64,000 nucleotides of DNA, taken from assembly GCA_017654855.1 (NCBI GenBank), contig CM030332.1, forward strand, positions 744,001 to 808,000. The letters run 5' to 3'. Position numbers and translations under genes: made by a program. Below the pieces are notes generated by a model, which saw nothing but the letters and a program-made list of their open reading frames with translations, was not told the origin of the DNA and did not search any database. This document shows positions 63,301 through 64,000 of the stretch, piece after piece. The stretch's first letter is position 1, and the number at the start of each line of letters is the position of its first letter. The stretch is from Podospora anserina. Lineage: Eukaryota.

Positions 63301-64000
63301 GGTCAGCATCTGGATGTCGTGGAGGACATGATCCATCTTCTCATCGTTCTGCTCAGCGACAAGACGTCTCTGGTCCGCAATGATGAAGAGAAGAACCCTC
63401 AAATCGCTTCCATGCGCAGGGATCTGACTCACGTTCTGTGCTTCAAGCCGCTCTCATTCTCGGATATTTGCGCAAAGCTTCCTGATAAGTTCCAGGAGCA
63501 AGAAGACTTCCACCGGATACTGGATGAGATGGCCACCTTCAAATCTCCCGAGGGGCTGACTGACGTTGGACTCTTTGAACTCAAACCACAGCATGTCGAA
63601 GAGGTTGATCCATACATCGCCCACTACAACAAGAACCAACGAGAGGAGGCGGAGATGGCCTGGCGCAAGTGGATTGCCAAGAAGACTGGCAAGCCCATTG
63701 AAGATGTTGTCTACGAACCCAAGCCTCGCCCTGTCACGTCGGGTGTGTTTGCCGGACTGGGCAAATTCACCAGCACCGGGATGTTTGCGCAGATTGTCTA
63801 TTACTCGCTGCTGTATGCTCTCACATACTCGAAATTAACACCAGGAGTTCCTGCCACTCGAGTGGAATCCTTCTTGCAGGTTCTTCTGCACCTCGTCCTG
63901 ATTGCCATCGCCGAGGACAATGTCACGGATGACGAGCAGGAGCCAGAGCAGCCTTCGTTTATCAGCATTGCCCTGAATCAGCAAGCTCGCCATTTCGTTC
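60319..64000 (+). CDS. UBR1: N-end rule E3 ubiquitin ligase UBR1 (N-recognin), 3'-truncated by the window end
   Basis: Frame from ATG 60319 appears open to the window end. UBR box CGHIFKQGEASYACRTC..CLCSKCF..HTGH..GCCDCGDAEAW..CTIH; ClpS-like LLWNDEKHT; SLQMLTTPSI, GEHVEYE, SFHHALH, WVRNG. Confidence 0.95.
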   Translation, partial: MADMMSTQEQQLCQVLRNLPYRHRCRYSEDAARDLLKDLFWSMAGGRDDYMELFFPTGGPTRPDGTLKMRDAQGAIEGAEYTEAARGKACGHIFKQGEASYACRTCSADDTCCLCSKCFDATDHTGHMVRINISPGNSGCCDCGDAEAWKRPVFCTIHSVWEGEDKGKGKANTGAPEDLLASIRMTIGRVFDYMCDVISCSPEQLRQTKTVESIERDEVNSRLSSTYCGGDTTRPEEWCVLLWNDEKHTVADVQDQVARACGTTLATGLAKAYETDGIGRSLLMYDQSIEKLIEVAEVLERIRVTVTIRSARDTFREQMVSTMVDWLRDISGCSVGNDHNILRQVVCEEMLKPWRRGSRATHANVGQDGMDDEEMTERQYFEEDEFYAQQIRIMVQARAAARVGEPIDDSDDDDDGIDIDEEEYEHALGSDMEENGDDDGDVMMIDTRTEGGDIPMQDWRQDNALEDDEATAAGYPPPPPPPPPVPAPRRTARERELTPSDSDTAEPLIAPTVSFKPRLDIPKTPGNNKTGESAPAPGSYWLATPTGYVEEEGIPVAEDLFERVRLDWMILFDLRMWKKVRNDLRSLYISTVVTIPEFKRILGLRFAGLYTTLAQLYLIGDREPDHSIINISLQMLTTPSITAEVVERGNFLTNLMAILYTFLTTRQVGHPWDVDSSAVLAFDTGSVTNRRMYHFFLDLKYLFGSPNVQERLRTEERYMMQFLDLVKLHQGICPNVRAVGEHVEYETDSWISASLVTREINRLCRQFAESFRNVSEQEFVHVEKAIRLAAKSVIVNSIGAERSRFSGSEIKDEIRFKTLSDFEFDPTHNEIEVVKFVVEEQPISFHHALHYTLSWLIECGKAMPVEQLRALLTFTTQELTMKPRSMGKKVWPKREFTPEDYLMAAFDYPLRVCAWLAQMKAGMWVRNGLSLRHQAGTYRGVGQRDVSHHRDIFLLQTALVVCDPSRVLASIIDRFGMEKWVKGIFEQKTKSQDDGQHLDVVEDMIHLLIVLLSDKTSLVRNDEEKNPQIASMRRDLTHVLCFKPLSFSDICAKLPDKFQEQEDFHRILDEMATFKSPEGLTDVGLFELKPQHVEEVDPYIAHYNKNQREEAEMAWRKWIAKKTGKPIEDVVYEPKPRPVTSGVFAGLGKFTSTGMFAQIVYYSLLYALTYSKLTPGVPATRVESFLQVLLHLVLIAIAEDNVTDDEQEPEQPSFISIALNQQARHFV

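Overview
Eukaryotic, intron-rich fungal DNA (GT..CTRAC..YAG introns of about 50-140 nt). Gene content and composition suggest a Sordariales ascomycete, probably Podospora-like; this is inference and was not searched. About 19 protein genes were assembled by manual splicing: an uncharacterised F-box-like/LRR/CxxC protein, a catalytically degenerate amidase, a type II membrane protein, secreted GH37 trehalase, GLY1 threonine aldolase, a Zn2Cys6 transcription factor, a YPT35-like PX protein, glutaminyl cyclase, a CPT1/EPT1-type phosphotransferase, a GPI-type Cys-rich protein, SWP1, a Ppc89-like spindle pole body protein, an HMT1/ABCB6-like ABC half-transporter, a compact block TIM44 / uS11m / BCS1 / PYM / QCR9, and the 5' part of UBR1 running off the right end. 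The most interesting signal is a phase-0 intron at the ABC transporter stop codon. Splicing it replaces the stop with a 238-aa tail that starts with a PAM2-like poly(A)-binding-protein motif, which makes a candidate membrane-anchored mRNP tether. Other leads are the pseudo-amidase, the orphan F-box-like gene behind a dense GATA cluster, a broken secreted-protein gene, a possibly dual-targeted GLY1 and BCS1-QCR9 linkage. I recognised no intact transposon, rRNA, CRISPR array or confident tRNA.
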